Below are positions 11,865 to 22,872 of a DNA stretch of 64,000 bases, one piece after another. How positions within the stretch are numbered: the first letter of the stretch is position 1; every line of letters starts with the position of its first letter. The notes under the pieces were generated by a model. The model had not been told where the DNA came from. It saw only the letters and a program-made list of their open reading frames with translations, and made no database searches. The translations under genes were made by a program, and so were the position numbers. Source of the stretch: Curvularia clavata (taxonomy: Eukaryota); contig CP089274.1 in assembly GCA_023920165.1 (NCBI GenBank), positions 5,456,001 through 5,520,000 on the forward strand, read 5' to 3'.

Positions 11865-12827
11865 TTAAAAATCGAGCAGACTCTTCCCGGGAGTAAGTGA
11901 GCCAACGACCGGCGTCGGCAAACCCTCCTCTTCTTTAGGCCCGGGGCTAGGCACACTGAACCCATACTCTGCCTCCCAATCATCTTCATAATCGCTGTCA
12001 TCCTCTGAATCCCAATCGCTGTCCTCGCTTTCGTATTCGTAGTCGTCATCGTCACTCCACTCTTCACCCTCATCCTCCTGATCTCCACCGTCCTCTATCC
12101 AATCCGCATCCCCTTCTGTATCTCCATCGTCTTCAAAATCGCGCGTAGTAACATCAACAGCAGTGACATCCGGTATGTTGAGCAAATGGTGGGCGCTCAA
12201 TCCCGCCAAGTCGCCAGTGAGCAGACCATTTTCCCAGATATATTTGCTCACGTTGGTGCCATCCTCGCCACCCCCACCTTCGCGACGGAGGTTGAGTTCT
12301 ATGATGCGCTCCTCGCCCCAGACATTGATGTGGTCAAACCGCACAACCTGTAATGTCTTCCACAGCGGCATCTCTTCAGCCATTAGACGATCGATGATCG
12401 TATTAGGGCGGTTCAATCTACCATGCGATGAAAAGAGCGTTTCCAGTCCACTTAATGCTTTAAACATGGTCGTAAGATCACGGTTGTCCAAGTACTTGTT
12501 CTGTCCACGAGCTGACAATTCTTCCTGGCTAGGCTCGCTCAGCTTGAAATATTTGACGCTGGACGCGTATGTGGGGTTTTCCTGGACAGTGCGCAGGAAT
12601 AAATCCCAGCGTACGGTTGCGTGCGTCAGGCTCACGTTTGTCGCAATATGGGTGGAGGATATGCGGCTCAGAGAGTGTGCAGTCAATGAGAAGCTGATTA
12701 TTGGGCGGTAGAGTGTGGGCGACTGGCCATTTTCAGGATCGTTAACGCTGGGACGGTCTGGCGTGAGATAGACGCATATCAAATGTAGAACGGGATCGGG
12801 GAGCGAAGATAGAGTGACTGAGGTCAT
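11865..12827 (-). CDS. Hypothetical protein with F-box-like N-terminus and acidic C-terminal tract
   Basis: 320-aa ORF beginning LSSLPDPVLHLICVYL; long D/E/W/Y-rich tail. Confidence 0.6.
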   Translation of the reverse strand: MTSVTLSSLPDPVLHLICVYLTPDRPSVNDPENGQSPTLYRPIISFSLTAHSLSRISSTHIATNVSLTHATVRWDLFLRTVQENPTYASSVKYFKLSEPSQEELSARGQNKYLDNRDLTTMFKALSGLETLFSSHGRLNRPNTIIDRLMAEEMPLWKTLQVVRFDHINVWGEERIIELNLRREGGGGEDGTNVSKYIWENGLLTGDLAGLSAHHLLNIPDVTAVDVTTRDFEDDGDTEGDADWIEDGGDQEDEGEEWSDDDDYEYESEDSDWDSEDDSDYEDDWEAEYGFSVPSPGPKEEEGLPTPVVGSLTPGKSLLDF

Positions 12828-13325
12828 GGCTGTGGTGGGCGAAATTAAAAAAAATCTTTCTTAAAATGAAACAAAAGAGATCGAAAGAAGAGTATCGGAG
12901 TTCAAATGAGTGATTGTCAAGGGACAGAGTTTCGCGGTAGGACCGCGTTTCGATGATGTAGACGCGTCGCGCTTACGCTAGGCTGGATTTAGTGCGGTAA
13001 TTGCCTTTAAAGTAGTCAGAGCACCAAACAGCCGTCATTCTGTCCTGTTAAGTAGTATTAAATCCAACCCTCGGTCTGGGACTGGTTTGAGTCATTCACA
13101 AGATGAAGTAAAGAAGACAGACATATTTTGAGCAATTTGCAATCTGCAAATGATATTCATTTCCGCCTAGCAGTAGATATGAATTTGTGTGAAGCTCGTA
13201 AATCCAGTAATAGCCCATGTCGCTGCCGTAGCTCAAGTTCATAATGCCAGTCCCTGGTACTGTAAATAATTCCAAAGCCTCAAACGCCGCGCTATGCTAA
13301 ATAAAATCGACGTATTGCTCCATCC

Positions 13326-14204
13326 CTACAATTTGACTTTCTTGACAGGCTTCTGCTCTGGCGCATCGTCCTTCTTTCGTTTGAAAATGCTTTGACTCTT
13401 CATTTGTCCAAGGCCAGCCTTATTCGCGGGCGCGGCCTTTGCCTTTAGACCAAAGCTCAACTTGACTGGTGCTGCATCAGTTTTGGTTTCTTCCTCATCC
13501 TTCTTTTCCTCCCCTTGCTTCTGTTCGTCTGTCGGTGACTCAGGTTTCTTGTCTTGTGTCAGCGACGCTTCCTCTGCAGGTGGAGTAACCTGTTGTTGTA
13601 TCGCTGCCTGAGCTGCTGCTCGTTTCGCTTCCATAGCTTTCTTGGCCTCAGCTTCTTCCTGGGCGCGTTTCGCCATCTTCTTCAGCATCTTGTCTTCGCC
13701 AGCTCCACTCCGTGCCTCAGCAGCCTCTAGTTCCGCAATCTCGTTGCGTCTTGCTACCGCTGCAGCGCTGGTGTCTCGCCATGCAATCATCAAACCATCC
13801 TTCTCGTCTTCCTTGACATGGCAAATGCCTTCCCGCCCAAGATGTTTTGTGAATTCTGTAAGCGAGCTCCACTTTGTTGCGTTCATATGGACATGCTCTT
13901 TGTCCCTGATGTATTCGTTGTAGAACTTGTTCGCGGATATCCACTTTTCATTATGCGCCGTCCGTAACAGGTTGACAAAATCCCGCTGAAAGTCGTTGCT
14001 GAATTGATTGATGTATTTCTTTGGATCTTCGCCGACGATTTGAAGATTCCTGACATGACTCTCGCTCTGCACATGGCACTTGAATCCGTTGGCGTCGCGA
14101 CATTGCTTCTGGCAGGGCTCACACCACCAGCGCAGCCGCTGAAGCCCCTTGGACTTCATCTTGTTTGCGACCCATTTTGTGCTTCCGGCTTCCGCTTTAC
14201 CCAT
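13326..14204 (-). CDS. RTS2: KIN17/Rts2 zinc-finger DNA/RNA-binding protein
   Basis: MGKAE...KSKGLQRLRWWCEPCQKQCRDANGFKCHVQSESH and YNEYI.DKEHVHMNATKW (Kin17_mid); ATG at 14204. Confidence 0.92.
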   Translation of the reverse strand: MGKAEAGSTKWVANKMKSKGLQRLRWWCEPCQKQCRDANGFKCHVQSESHVRNLQIVGEDPKKYINQFSNDFQRDFVNLLRTAHNEKWISANKFYNEYIRDKEHVHMNATKWSSLTEFTKHLGREGICHVKEDEKDGLMIAWRDTSAAAVARRNEIAELEAAEARSGAGEDKMLKKMAKRAQEEAEAKKAMEAKRAAAQAAIQQQVTPPAEEASLTQDKKPESPTDEQKQGEEKKDEEETKTDAAPVKLSFGLKAKAAPANKAGLGQMKSQSIFKRKKDDAPEQKPVKKVKL

Positions 14205-15381
14205 GCTGAGCGGATGTATGTGTGTGCGTGTACGTTGGGTGTGGCGCGCGTGTCGTGGTAGAGTGAGAGTTGGATTAAGAATCCAAAGCCATAGGGCCGA
14301 CGAACTTAGAGATCGCCACTCCCTTCGCACTAACCGAATAGAGCTTAGCATCGCAATCAGGGTTCCTCTCAATGTACCCACCGCCACGTACTAAGACAGT
14401 TGGATAATACCGCCCTCACTAGACATGTTTATATCTACCTCGTATCGCCAAGAGCTGGGAAGTGCGCATTATTAGATTTTGCGAATGCAGTTTTACCTAC
14501 GACTACTTCGGTAACTGAGAGCTTCCACATGCCGGTCACGTGCCGTCTTATTTGAATACAGCTGTTCTGACAGAAGATCCTTAGTATAAACAAACATGAT
14601 TCTTGACTCTGAAAAGTAGAAAGAAAGATTCAACTGGTCTTCGTCGAGGCTCCAGGATCTTCCCACCATTATTACCCTGGGCAATCATCAACCTCATATC
14701 ATTCATCATTACATATCTAGCTCATGTAAACATAAGGGAAAAAAGACTAGAGAACTAACAGTATGCGGTTTTCAACTTTGTATATATACTGGAGGTCTAG
14801 CCTACTATGCCAGCTGAGGGTTTCGAAATTCCTATTTTATTGACTAAAAGAAGAGCATAGTGAGCTTGAAAGGGAGTATTGCTCATACTGATTGAAATCA
14901 GCCAATTAAGAGTAACTATATAAACTAGGAAGATCTAGAGAGCAATGCTGACATGTGACACTGAGGGACTGGATATGAGCTAAAAGATATGTCCCAGAAA
15001 TTTAAATAATTATATACTTTTCTAATAAAAAGCTCATTCACTAACTGTATCGCTTGGGTCCATGGCAAAATGAGTCTGATTACCTCCTTGCCAGTGTATC
15101 CATAAGAATGTGCTTTACATGCTACTAATCGGCCACTCCTCCAACTTCAGCCTGCATAACTCACGTAAACGACATCCAATCTCCGGTCGCCCTAACACAA
15201 GAAGGCATATTCATGGCAGTTCGCAAATCCCTTCTATCATATATTCTTCATTCCCCGCTCTACTTCTCTACTCAAAATACTACCTACGACACAGTATCTA
15301 CCATTACGGTCTAGGCAAAACTCAAGCCATACGATAGAAACCGTTTCTGTCCTTTCCTCAAACTCCGAAACACCCTCTCAC

Positions 15382-17421
15382 CTACGTCAACCTCAAACTC
15401 TTATCCACCACACCCTGCCACTCCTCCTTCCCAAATGGCACATACCTCTCACTTCCCGGCGGCAACCAGTACAACCTATCATCACCCGTGACCTTCTCCG
15501 GATCTACGCCCTCCTTCTTCAGCCTCCCCTTCTGAATCTTCATCGTACCCGTATACTCCAGCGCAGGCGTCACTCTCAGAAAAAGCGGAACAGCGTAGCC
15601 GGGCAACGTGGCCCTAGCATGTGCTGCCAGTGCTGCAAAGTCGAATGTTGATCCCGTGACCCCGTCCGCCATGACGATTGAGGCGGCACCAGCTCGGCCA
15701 TCGTGGCCAGGCACAAGGACACCGTAGACGCTTGTCTCGACTATCTGAGGGAACTTGCCAATCATATCTGCGACTTCATTGGTAGAGACGTTTTCGGATT
15801 TCCAGCGGAAAGTGTCGCCGAGACGGTCGACGAAGTAGACGCGGCCTGAGGCATCTTGTCGCATCATGTCGCCTGATCTGAACCACCTGTGCTTTTCATC
15901 AGTATCTTGCGTGGGTAATTTGGAAGGATAGAAGCCTACAAGTCTCCTTTCTTAAACACATCTCTGATTTGCCTATTCTTGGTCGCCTTCTCGTTGTTGT
16001 AATACGTCGGTGCGGCAGCCACCGTTTCGGGAGTGAGGCGATGGAGCACCTGGCCCGGCTCATTGACATCACACCGTATGGCAAAGCCATTCTTGTCTCT
16101 CATGATCTCCTCAGTATCGATGTCCATCTTGACAATCACTTCCCGGTTTCCCATCAGAAGTTTCCAGATTGATCCTCTTAGACCAATGCAGTGCGCAGTA
16201 AAGGGACCAGCGTTGGGGTTAAACATGGACCCTAGTCCATCTGATGCTGCGTAAAGTTCGTGGATAATGGGTATATTGAAGCGCTGGCGGAAAGGCTCCC
16301 ATACATCTGGACGCATGCCGTTGCCCCACGCCGTCTGCACTTTGTGTGCTCGCTCATACGGGTTCTTTGGGCCATTCAAAAGGTATCGGCATAGCTCGCC
16401 AACATATTGGATGATGCTTGCTTCCGAGGCCGCTACCTCGCGCCAAAATGTCTTGTGTGAGAATTTCCTGCCGAGTGCGATAGTGGCCCCCGCATGAATA
16501 ACTGGTGTTACACAGAGAGCATGTGCAGCACCGTGATATAGTGGCATACACGTAAACATGGTAACCTTGGGCGTGAGTTTCAATTGCTTTGCAACTAAGT
16601 GGCCAGTTGTAAGCTCTCGGGCGGCGGAAATTCCCACGGCTTTGGGTAGCCCCGTAGTGCCTGATGTGTATAACAATGTTCGAAATGACTCCAATGTGAT
16701 GTTTTCGTAGCGACTACTAGGTATTGGCTTGCTGTTAGACAGCGATGTGAACATAGATGGGTCATAGTATCGAATCTTGATGCCTATCTCCTCAAGTTCA
16801 GCACGGCTCGGCTCAACGTTTACTTTGACATCAACATCTGCAATGAGAAATCGAGAATTGCATATCTAACAGGTTCGTTAGTTGTATGATTGAATCGTTG
16901 CAAGGCTCAGAGACACACCTTCACGCAATGCACCAATCCAGCTCCTGCCAGGTTCCAATTCATAAGACTTGTAGCCGCGCCGACTGCTTCCAGGGCAAGC
17001 CAAAGCATCAAATGCTCCGGACTGTTACCGCCATCGATGGCGACCATCTCATTCGGCTGCACGCCCAAGTCATCAATCAGCCAATTTGCCACTCTTATGA
17101 TGGCTTCAAAAAACTGCTTGTACGACCATGTCTTTCCCTCGAAGATGAGGAAAGGATGGTCGGGTTGCTTTCGAACCTGGTCTTCAAAAACATGATATGT
17201 GAGGGGACGCTTTTGGGCGACACGAGTGTTCATTAACTTCGTAACCTTGCGCAACTGAACAAGCATATAACCTGTGTTGCTGATGTCGTAGACTATATGG
17301 TGTTTTGCGTTGAGATAGGCTGTAAGAGCTGCGGTGCCGGCAGCACCGGCGATGATAGGTACTAAGGTAGGGTCAGCTTTCAGGTATTCCTTGGATAATT
17401 GCTAGGAAGCATACAAGCCAT
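15382..17421 (-). CDS. FAT1: Very-long-chain acyl-CoA synthetase / fatty acid transport protein (FATP family)
   Basis: YTSGTTGLPK, QYVGELCRYL, GNGMRPDVW, DRLGDTFRWKSENVST motifs. Introns about 17362-17414, 16866-16918 and 15887-15939 give MALPIIAGAAG...SLRLT. Confidence 0.88.
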
Positions 17422-18182
17422 GGTGGGTTTGTTATTCACTCTGGCTATGATTGCAAGGGGAGTGAACGTTCCTCTCCTATTAATCCGCAACCAAGCCCCA
17501 GACCGTCAAATAATGTTTCACAGCTGCACAGATTGGCCCCATATCTTCTGGCGGGCCTTTAAGATGACAGTTGGGCCTAGCAGGATTGCACCGAGGTTGT
17601 TGTCAAGGCATAGTGTCCCATTAGGTTCGCGGCTTCCCCGCATCAAAGAGGAGCAACTTTAGCCACCTGATACGTCCATTCGTCGACACCCTTGCTGGTG
17701 TACATGTGTGTAAGATCTTACAATTACGCCTTGCAATTAGGCGCTAAAAAACTTGGCATGTTGCCACGGTGCAGTTGGCAACGCGACGAGGTTTCCAATC
17801 AATAGCACTGCCTGCTTCATTTTTAGAGATTACCAACACAAGTCGAGAGGAAGGTTGTTAAAAAGCCAAATCGATAGTGCCTTGGAGCCAGAGATTGAGG
17901 TGCTGTCTCGAAGATGAGAAAAATAAAAGAGCTTATCCTGCACTTGTTTCCCCCACTCCCGTTATCTCCTTTGCTCCATCTCGATTTCCGTTGATTGGAC
18001 ATGTCTTGCCCCATCTTTTTCACTAGTACACCGACATGTATTATAGAGGAAGGAAGGGAATACTGTGGCGAAGTTCCATCGCCATACACCTGTGTCTACA
18101 GGGTGGCCTAAAAAGGGTTTCTCTCGTTCAGACAATGCTATTCTTATTCTGCCTTTTCCAAGTATCCATCGAGCTTCTTTGT

Positions 18183-19463
18183 TTACCACCTTTTCCCATC
18201 ATCACCATTGAAATCGCGTCCTTGCCTCTCCCTCTCCATCCTAGCATCAAACTCTTGCTGTGCGCGCTCCCGCTCCCTGCTCCTCTCCTCATCACCTTCT
18301 ACAAAGGTATACGAGTCGCCCACAGTCGAACCTTCTGCTTGCTCTCTGTGTTTCGGCTCTGCTCTTCGTGGTGGTTGCCGTTGTGGCTTCTGTAGTGGTA
18401 TCGGTTGACCACCACGCCTGAGACGGTCCCAGGATGACTCCCCCGATTGAGATTGTGTTTGAGATTGCGATTCAGAGGTTTTTACTTCATCTTGGAAGAG
18501 CCCACCAGTAGGTGATGCGTCGTCGTCAAATGGGAAAGATGACGACTGCCTAGGCTGACGCTGGGGTGGTAGCTGGCGATTCCATGTGCTGGAAGGCTGT
18601 TGCTTTGGTTGAGTCACTTGTGATGACTCGTTGGAAAAGCTCTCCCAAGTCTCGGTTCTGGTGGATTCAGAGCCCCATGCTTCATTCCCAGCGGTTGGAC
18701 TCATATCATCGACCGCATCATCATGTTGTGGTGGGGTCTGTTTGCCCCATCTGGCTTGTGGTGATGGGCCACCACCTGTGCGATTCCTCACCTGCTCTTG
18801 GAATTCTCGTCGCCTCTCTTCAATTTCACGTCCTTGCTGTGCATTCCTCTGCCCCTCAGCATGTGACGAAGCCTTCAACTCAACGCCGAATTGCTCTAGC
18901 TTGGGATCATTGGCTGTATTGACTGCCGCAAGGGGCTGCGCGATCAGCTGGCCAATTATGCTACCCATTTGTCCTGCGACAACAACGTATAGCGAAAATC
19001 GCCATGCGTGTCGCGCAAATTGAGCCATTGGCCCACGAACTGGCCCGAATTTATTCTTGTCAATATCCTCCACTTTGGGCTGATAAAACGGATATTTCAT
19101 CTTGTCCCATGTACGATACCATTGCCACGTTCCAGCCGCAGCACCGGTAGCGGCAAAATAGCTCTTTGTTTGCTCAAGCTTGTAAATGTGGAATGCAAGT
19201 GCCTGCGCTTCTTCTGGGTTGAGTTGCCGGCCCACCTTGCGCTCCGCAAACTTGAGTGTTGTTTCAGTTTTGAAGCGGACGGCGCGTTCAGAAAAGCCCA
19301 TGAACGTGCCTATGACAGGCAATGGGCGTGGGAGGTTGCTCGCGTCGAAGCGAGTGCCTTCGGGAAAGCGTGCTGGTGAAGATGCGTATGGATCATTCGA
19401 TGACGGGTAAGGATCGTCCGTGAAGCCTTCAGGCGCAGTGTTATTGGCGTCTTCAAGTACCAT
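18183..19463 (-). CDS. Fungal hypothetical protein with two hydrophobic segments and a disordered C-terminus
   Basis: Long intronless ORF (ATG MVLEDA at 19463); hydrophobic YFAATGAAAG and FSLYVVVAGQMGSIIG segments; SSWDRLR and AQQEFDARMERER near the C-terminus. Confidence 0.75.
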   Translation of the reverse strand: MVLEDANNTAPEGFTDDPYPSSNDPYASSPARFPEGTRFDASNLPRPLPVIGTFMGFSERAVRFKTETTLKFAERKVGRQLNPEEAQALAFHIYKLEQTKSYFAATGAAAGTWQWYRTWDKMKYPFYQPKVEDIDKNKFGPVRGPMAQFARHAWRFSLYVVVAGQMGSIIGQLIAQPLAAVNTANDPKLEQFGVELKASSHAEGQRNAQQGREIEERRREFQEQVRNRTGGGPSPQARWGKQTPPQHDDAVDDMSPTAGNEAWGSESTRTETWESFSNESSQVTQPKQQPSSTWNRQLPPQRQPRQSSSFPFDDDASPTGGLFQDEVKTSESQSQTQSQSGESSWDRLRRGGQPIPLQKPQRQPPRRAEPKHREQAEGSTVGDSYTFVEGDEERSRERERAQQEFDARMERERQGRDFNGDDGKRW

Positions 19464-20097
19464 CTTCGGTTGCGTGTGTTCGAATTGTGAGGTTGGTAGC
19501 TTGCGAAGGGAAGTAGGTGGCACCGCTGAGAGAGATTGGGGTTTGCGCTTAACCTATGACGGCATCGAAGGCTGTCGGGATCATCAGGGTCCATTTCCGC
19601 CGTCCGGTCTCATGATGCAATCCACTACACAAGTCCATCCGGGATTCCGCCATGTCACGCAGTGAAGGGAGGTGTGGATATTGAAGTATAATCTATTCCA
19701 AGGAGTCTTTCCGGCCTAATGACGATGCTCCTCACTAAAAGGTGCGTACTTATATACTACAATAAGTCAAACCAGCTACAAGACCAGCGGGGATTATTAG
19801 GAAACCTGCATATGCACAAGAGGAAAAGAAAGGAAACAAGAGTACGTTGAGTCGAAAAAGAAAAGCCCGCCCTCTCTCTGCAACGCCACGCCGCGACCGT
19901 TCTCAACGGCCAACTATGAGAAGTATGATAACTGCAAAAGAGAGTCCAAAGGAACTAGTTCCAAGGATTGATTCCAATGGTTGAAAGGGGTTCTTTTCTG
20001 TCGCTCTTGACGCTTCCTGTGTGTACTTTTGACAGCCGCTAAAGGCGTCGTTGCAAGGACATAGTCTGATCAGAAGACCCGCATAACCAAGGATACT

Positions 20098-21157
20098 TTA
20101 TAAGATGACACAACGGCAGGTGGCTGTGGGTTCGTCGTCACTCTCTCTTCGGTTGCCAGACTTTCCAGTCTTGGCGTTTTCTTCTTCATCAACCACCTCT
20201 TGTGGCTTGACGGTCATGTGAACAACATTCGGGGTATCTGTTTGGAACCGGCATTCTATCGCTTGTTAGTGAAATTTCTGACAGGAACCCCAGGAAATGT
20301 TTTACGCAAGCTGCGCATTGGGATCGGTGCGGCCAATTGGTGCAGAGCCGAGGAATTGCACAAGCTATGCTAAGGGAGCAGGCACCATCTGGACATGAGG
20401 TACTTACCTTTGAGTGGCGACTTGTCGTCGAGCATGCGACCGAAGTGAATGAGCCTTATTGATCCTGGCGATGTAGGTCGGGCCTCCCATTCTGCGTAAC
20501 TCGGGTTAGCATTCTCATACAAACGTCTAAATGATGCAATGTGAACCGCAATTTGCTTCCCAGTACTATCTGGAGAAGGCCATGTACAGTTCTGGTGCAG
20601 ATTGTGGAAAAATGAGCATGCATACCTTCCCGCCAGTCTCGCCATATCAGCTCCTTGAGCGTGTAGACACTAATGTTGTATGGGTCCATGTTCTCTACCT
20701 TGACGCTGCGCTTCTTCAGGTACTTTTCGTCAATCTTGTATGGGTGCCTAGCCCCGCTGGTGAGAAGCAGCATTATCACTAGCACAGGGCCGTTGGTGTT
20801 ATCTGGGTTCGCAGCTGGAGTGTCTGTCGACGGGCCGATGGCTTCGCTCTCTGCGCGATTTAATGCCGAAGGGGGCGCTGCCTTCGCAGGCGATGAAGGA
20901 GCACCTGGCGCATCTTCTGAGGTAGCGGGCTCAACGGTTTGCGCGGCTGGCGTCGCTATCGGAGCTGCAGCAGGTGCGTCGGTCGTGTGCGTGGTGGTGG
21001 CTGCGGGAACGGGACCTGCGCCAGCTGCTTCGAGGGTGCTCATCTCTACCGGGCTGGCCGACCGAGGGTCACTGCTGCTTTGCGGTCGCGATGCTGAAGC
21101 GGCTGGGTGTGGAGTACTTTGTGGTGCCGTGGAGGCTTGATCCGCTGGGGACGACAT
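20098..21157 (-). CDS. UBL3/MUB-type membrane-anchored ubiquitin-fold protein with CAAX box
   Basis: Exons about 21157-20626, 20491-20408 and 20255-20098 give ...TLKELIWRDWREEWEARPTSPGSIRLIHFGRMLDDK...PNVVHMTVKP...TATCRCVIL*. Confidence 0.85.
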
Positions 21158-22056
21158 GGTTGGTTGGCCGACTTGAATCGGGGTGTGAAGCGGCGACGGG
21201 GGCGATTTCGGGCAAACGAAGCGAATGGAAGACGAAGGGATGAGCTGGGAGCGACTCGCAGATCAGCCTCGACGTCGCAGCAAGAGAAGGGCAGCGAAAA
21301 CCAGTCGTAGTGTCGAGACGACTCGAGGCTCAAGCGTGGATGGTGGAAGAGAGGCCGGCCGTGCGCGACTGGGAAGTTGCCCTCGCGGCCATGTCTCCCT
21401 TCTCCGCAATCCCAATCCGCAAACGCGGCAAGAGCGACCCGCCGTTCTCCACTAACTGCCCAGCCCGCTACTGGGCACCGCCGCAGCCTCTGGTGCCACA
21501 CAGCCGTATACCCAGACATGCGCGCCGGCGTCCACTATTGCAACAGCACGGCGGGCTGTGTTCCTGACCGAGCCTTGTGCTTATGCCACCGTCTTTCGTC
21601 CAGCAATTCGAACCCGTAGCGTGCCATGTCTGGGTCCGTCTGCAAGGCGTTTGCCCCTGCATCGTCGGCTTCTTCCTCATGATTGGTCATTTACACTAAG
21701 TACTCATCGCGTTAATGCGCTCACTCTGCGCCACTCCTACACAAGTGCGAACAGGTGTAGGCCTGGTTATCCGCGGCACCATCTTCAAGCTGACAGGAGC
21801 CAATCGTTGGTCGGCCGCTTGGCCTGGCCAGTGGCTGGTGAGCACGAGTACCCATCATCTTCAAGCACCTCTCGAGAATACCACAACCGTCGCTTCATCA
21901 ATTCGTTTCTTGACATTAATGCTGAGCAGACCCTATTTCCATGTGATCCGCCAAGATCCTTTGCTGCAAAAACCCCGCTTGGGCGGTCCTACCATCCATC
22001 ATTGTAGTTTATGTAGTTGACAGACCAACTCTACTCGCTGAACAGACAGCACGCCT

Positions 22057-22584
22057 CTACCAGTTCATCTTCATCTTCTTCTCAATCTCCGTGTGGAAGT
22101 CTGGCACCTCCCGCAGCTCGTTACCCGTGAACACATCTTCCCAGCCAATCTCACAATCCCGTCCCTGCAGGATGTCCCGGTGAACACCGCTGCTTCCACC
22201 AAGCGCTAATGGCCTCCACTCTCCAGCTTCAGCAATCTTGAGTTCCATTCCCCTACGCACAGGCTCGGCAATGCCAAACTGCCGCCTCAACATCTCCATC
22301 TTCAGACGGTCTTGAGTTTCGCGCCATTGTACGAGACGGGCCTCAAGGGGGTGAGCAGACTGTAGAACCACTGGTGTTGTCGATGACGACGACGTGGCGG
22401 ATACTGCAGACGTGTGGCCAAGGCGAGATCGCAGGGTATCGTGAACACCCGGCGCCGAAGGGGCAGAGGTCTCGAGGGTAGTCTGGGCGGGATGCGCCTT
22501 GCTGGGCACGAAGCGGAGAGACTGACCATGTGTGAGTATTCGAAGCGTACATGTACTGAATGCCGTCCTTTGAGAGCCTACCAT
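22057..22584 (-). CDS. UMP1: Proteasome maturation factor Ump1
   Basis: HPLEARL..W, LRRQFGIAEPVRRGME, VHRDILQGRDCEIGWEDVF, FHTEIEKK; ATG-only first exon with intron 22522-22581. Confidence 0.92.
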   Translation of the reverse strand: MVGSQRTAFSTCTLRILTHGQSLRFVPSKAHPAQTTLETSAPSAPGVHDTLRSRLGHTSAVSATSSSSTTPVVLQSAHPLEARLVQWRETQDRLKMEMLRRQFGIAEPVRRGMELKIAEAGEWRPLALGGSSGVHRDILQGRDCEIGWEDVFTGNELREVPDFHTEIEKKMKMNW

Positions 22585-22872
22585 TCTGAGTCGAGGTTGT
22601 GTCTGAGGTTTTAATGAGTGGTATATGGATTACCAACGTATCAAGCTCGTCTCAGTTGCTTGATCGAGTCGATGGACAGGTTGAGAGTGCAGCGGTGATG
22701 TCCAAAACGGGTTGTAAGGCAGTTGCTATCCACGAAGCTCAAGCTACGGACCCCCACTAGCGTCTTGGCGTATTCTGCGGCGACACTCGGTCTCGATTGC
22801 TACTCACGCACATGAGGCGCAATCTAAACTATGTATATAGCAGCGAACTTGCTTACTTCCTGAACTCATAGC

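Noticed and set aside
21160..22050. Multiple 70-157 aa ORFs between the UBL3-like gene and UMP1
   Set aside because: Mutually overlapping with no motifs; consistent with 5' UTR/promoter sequence.
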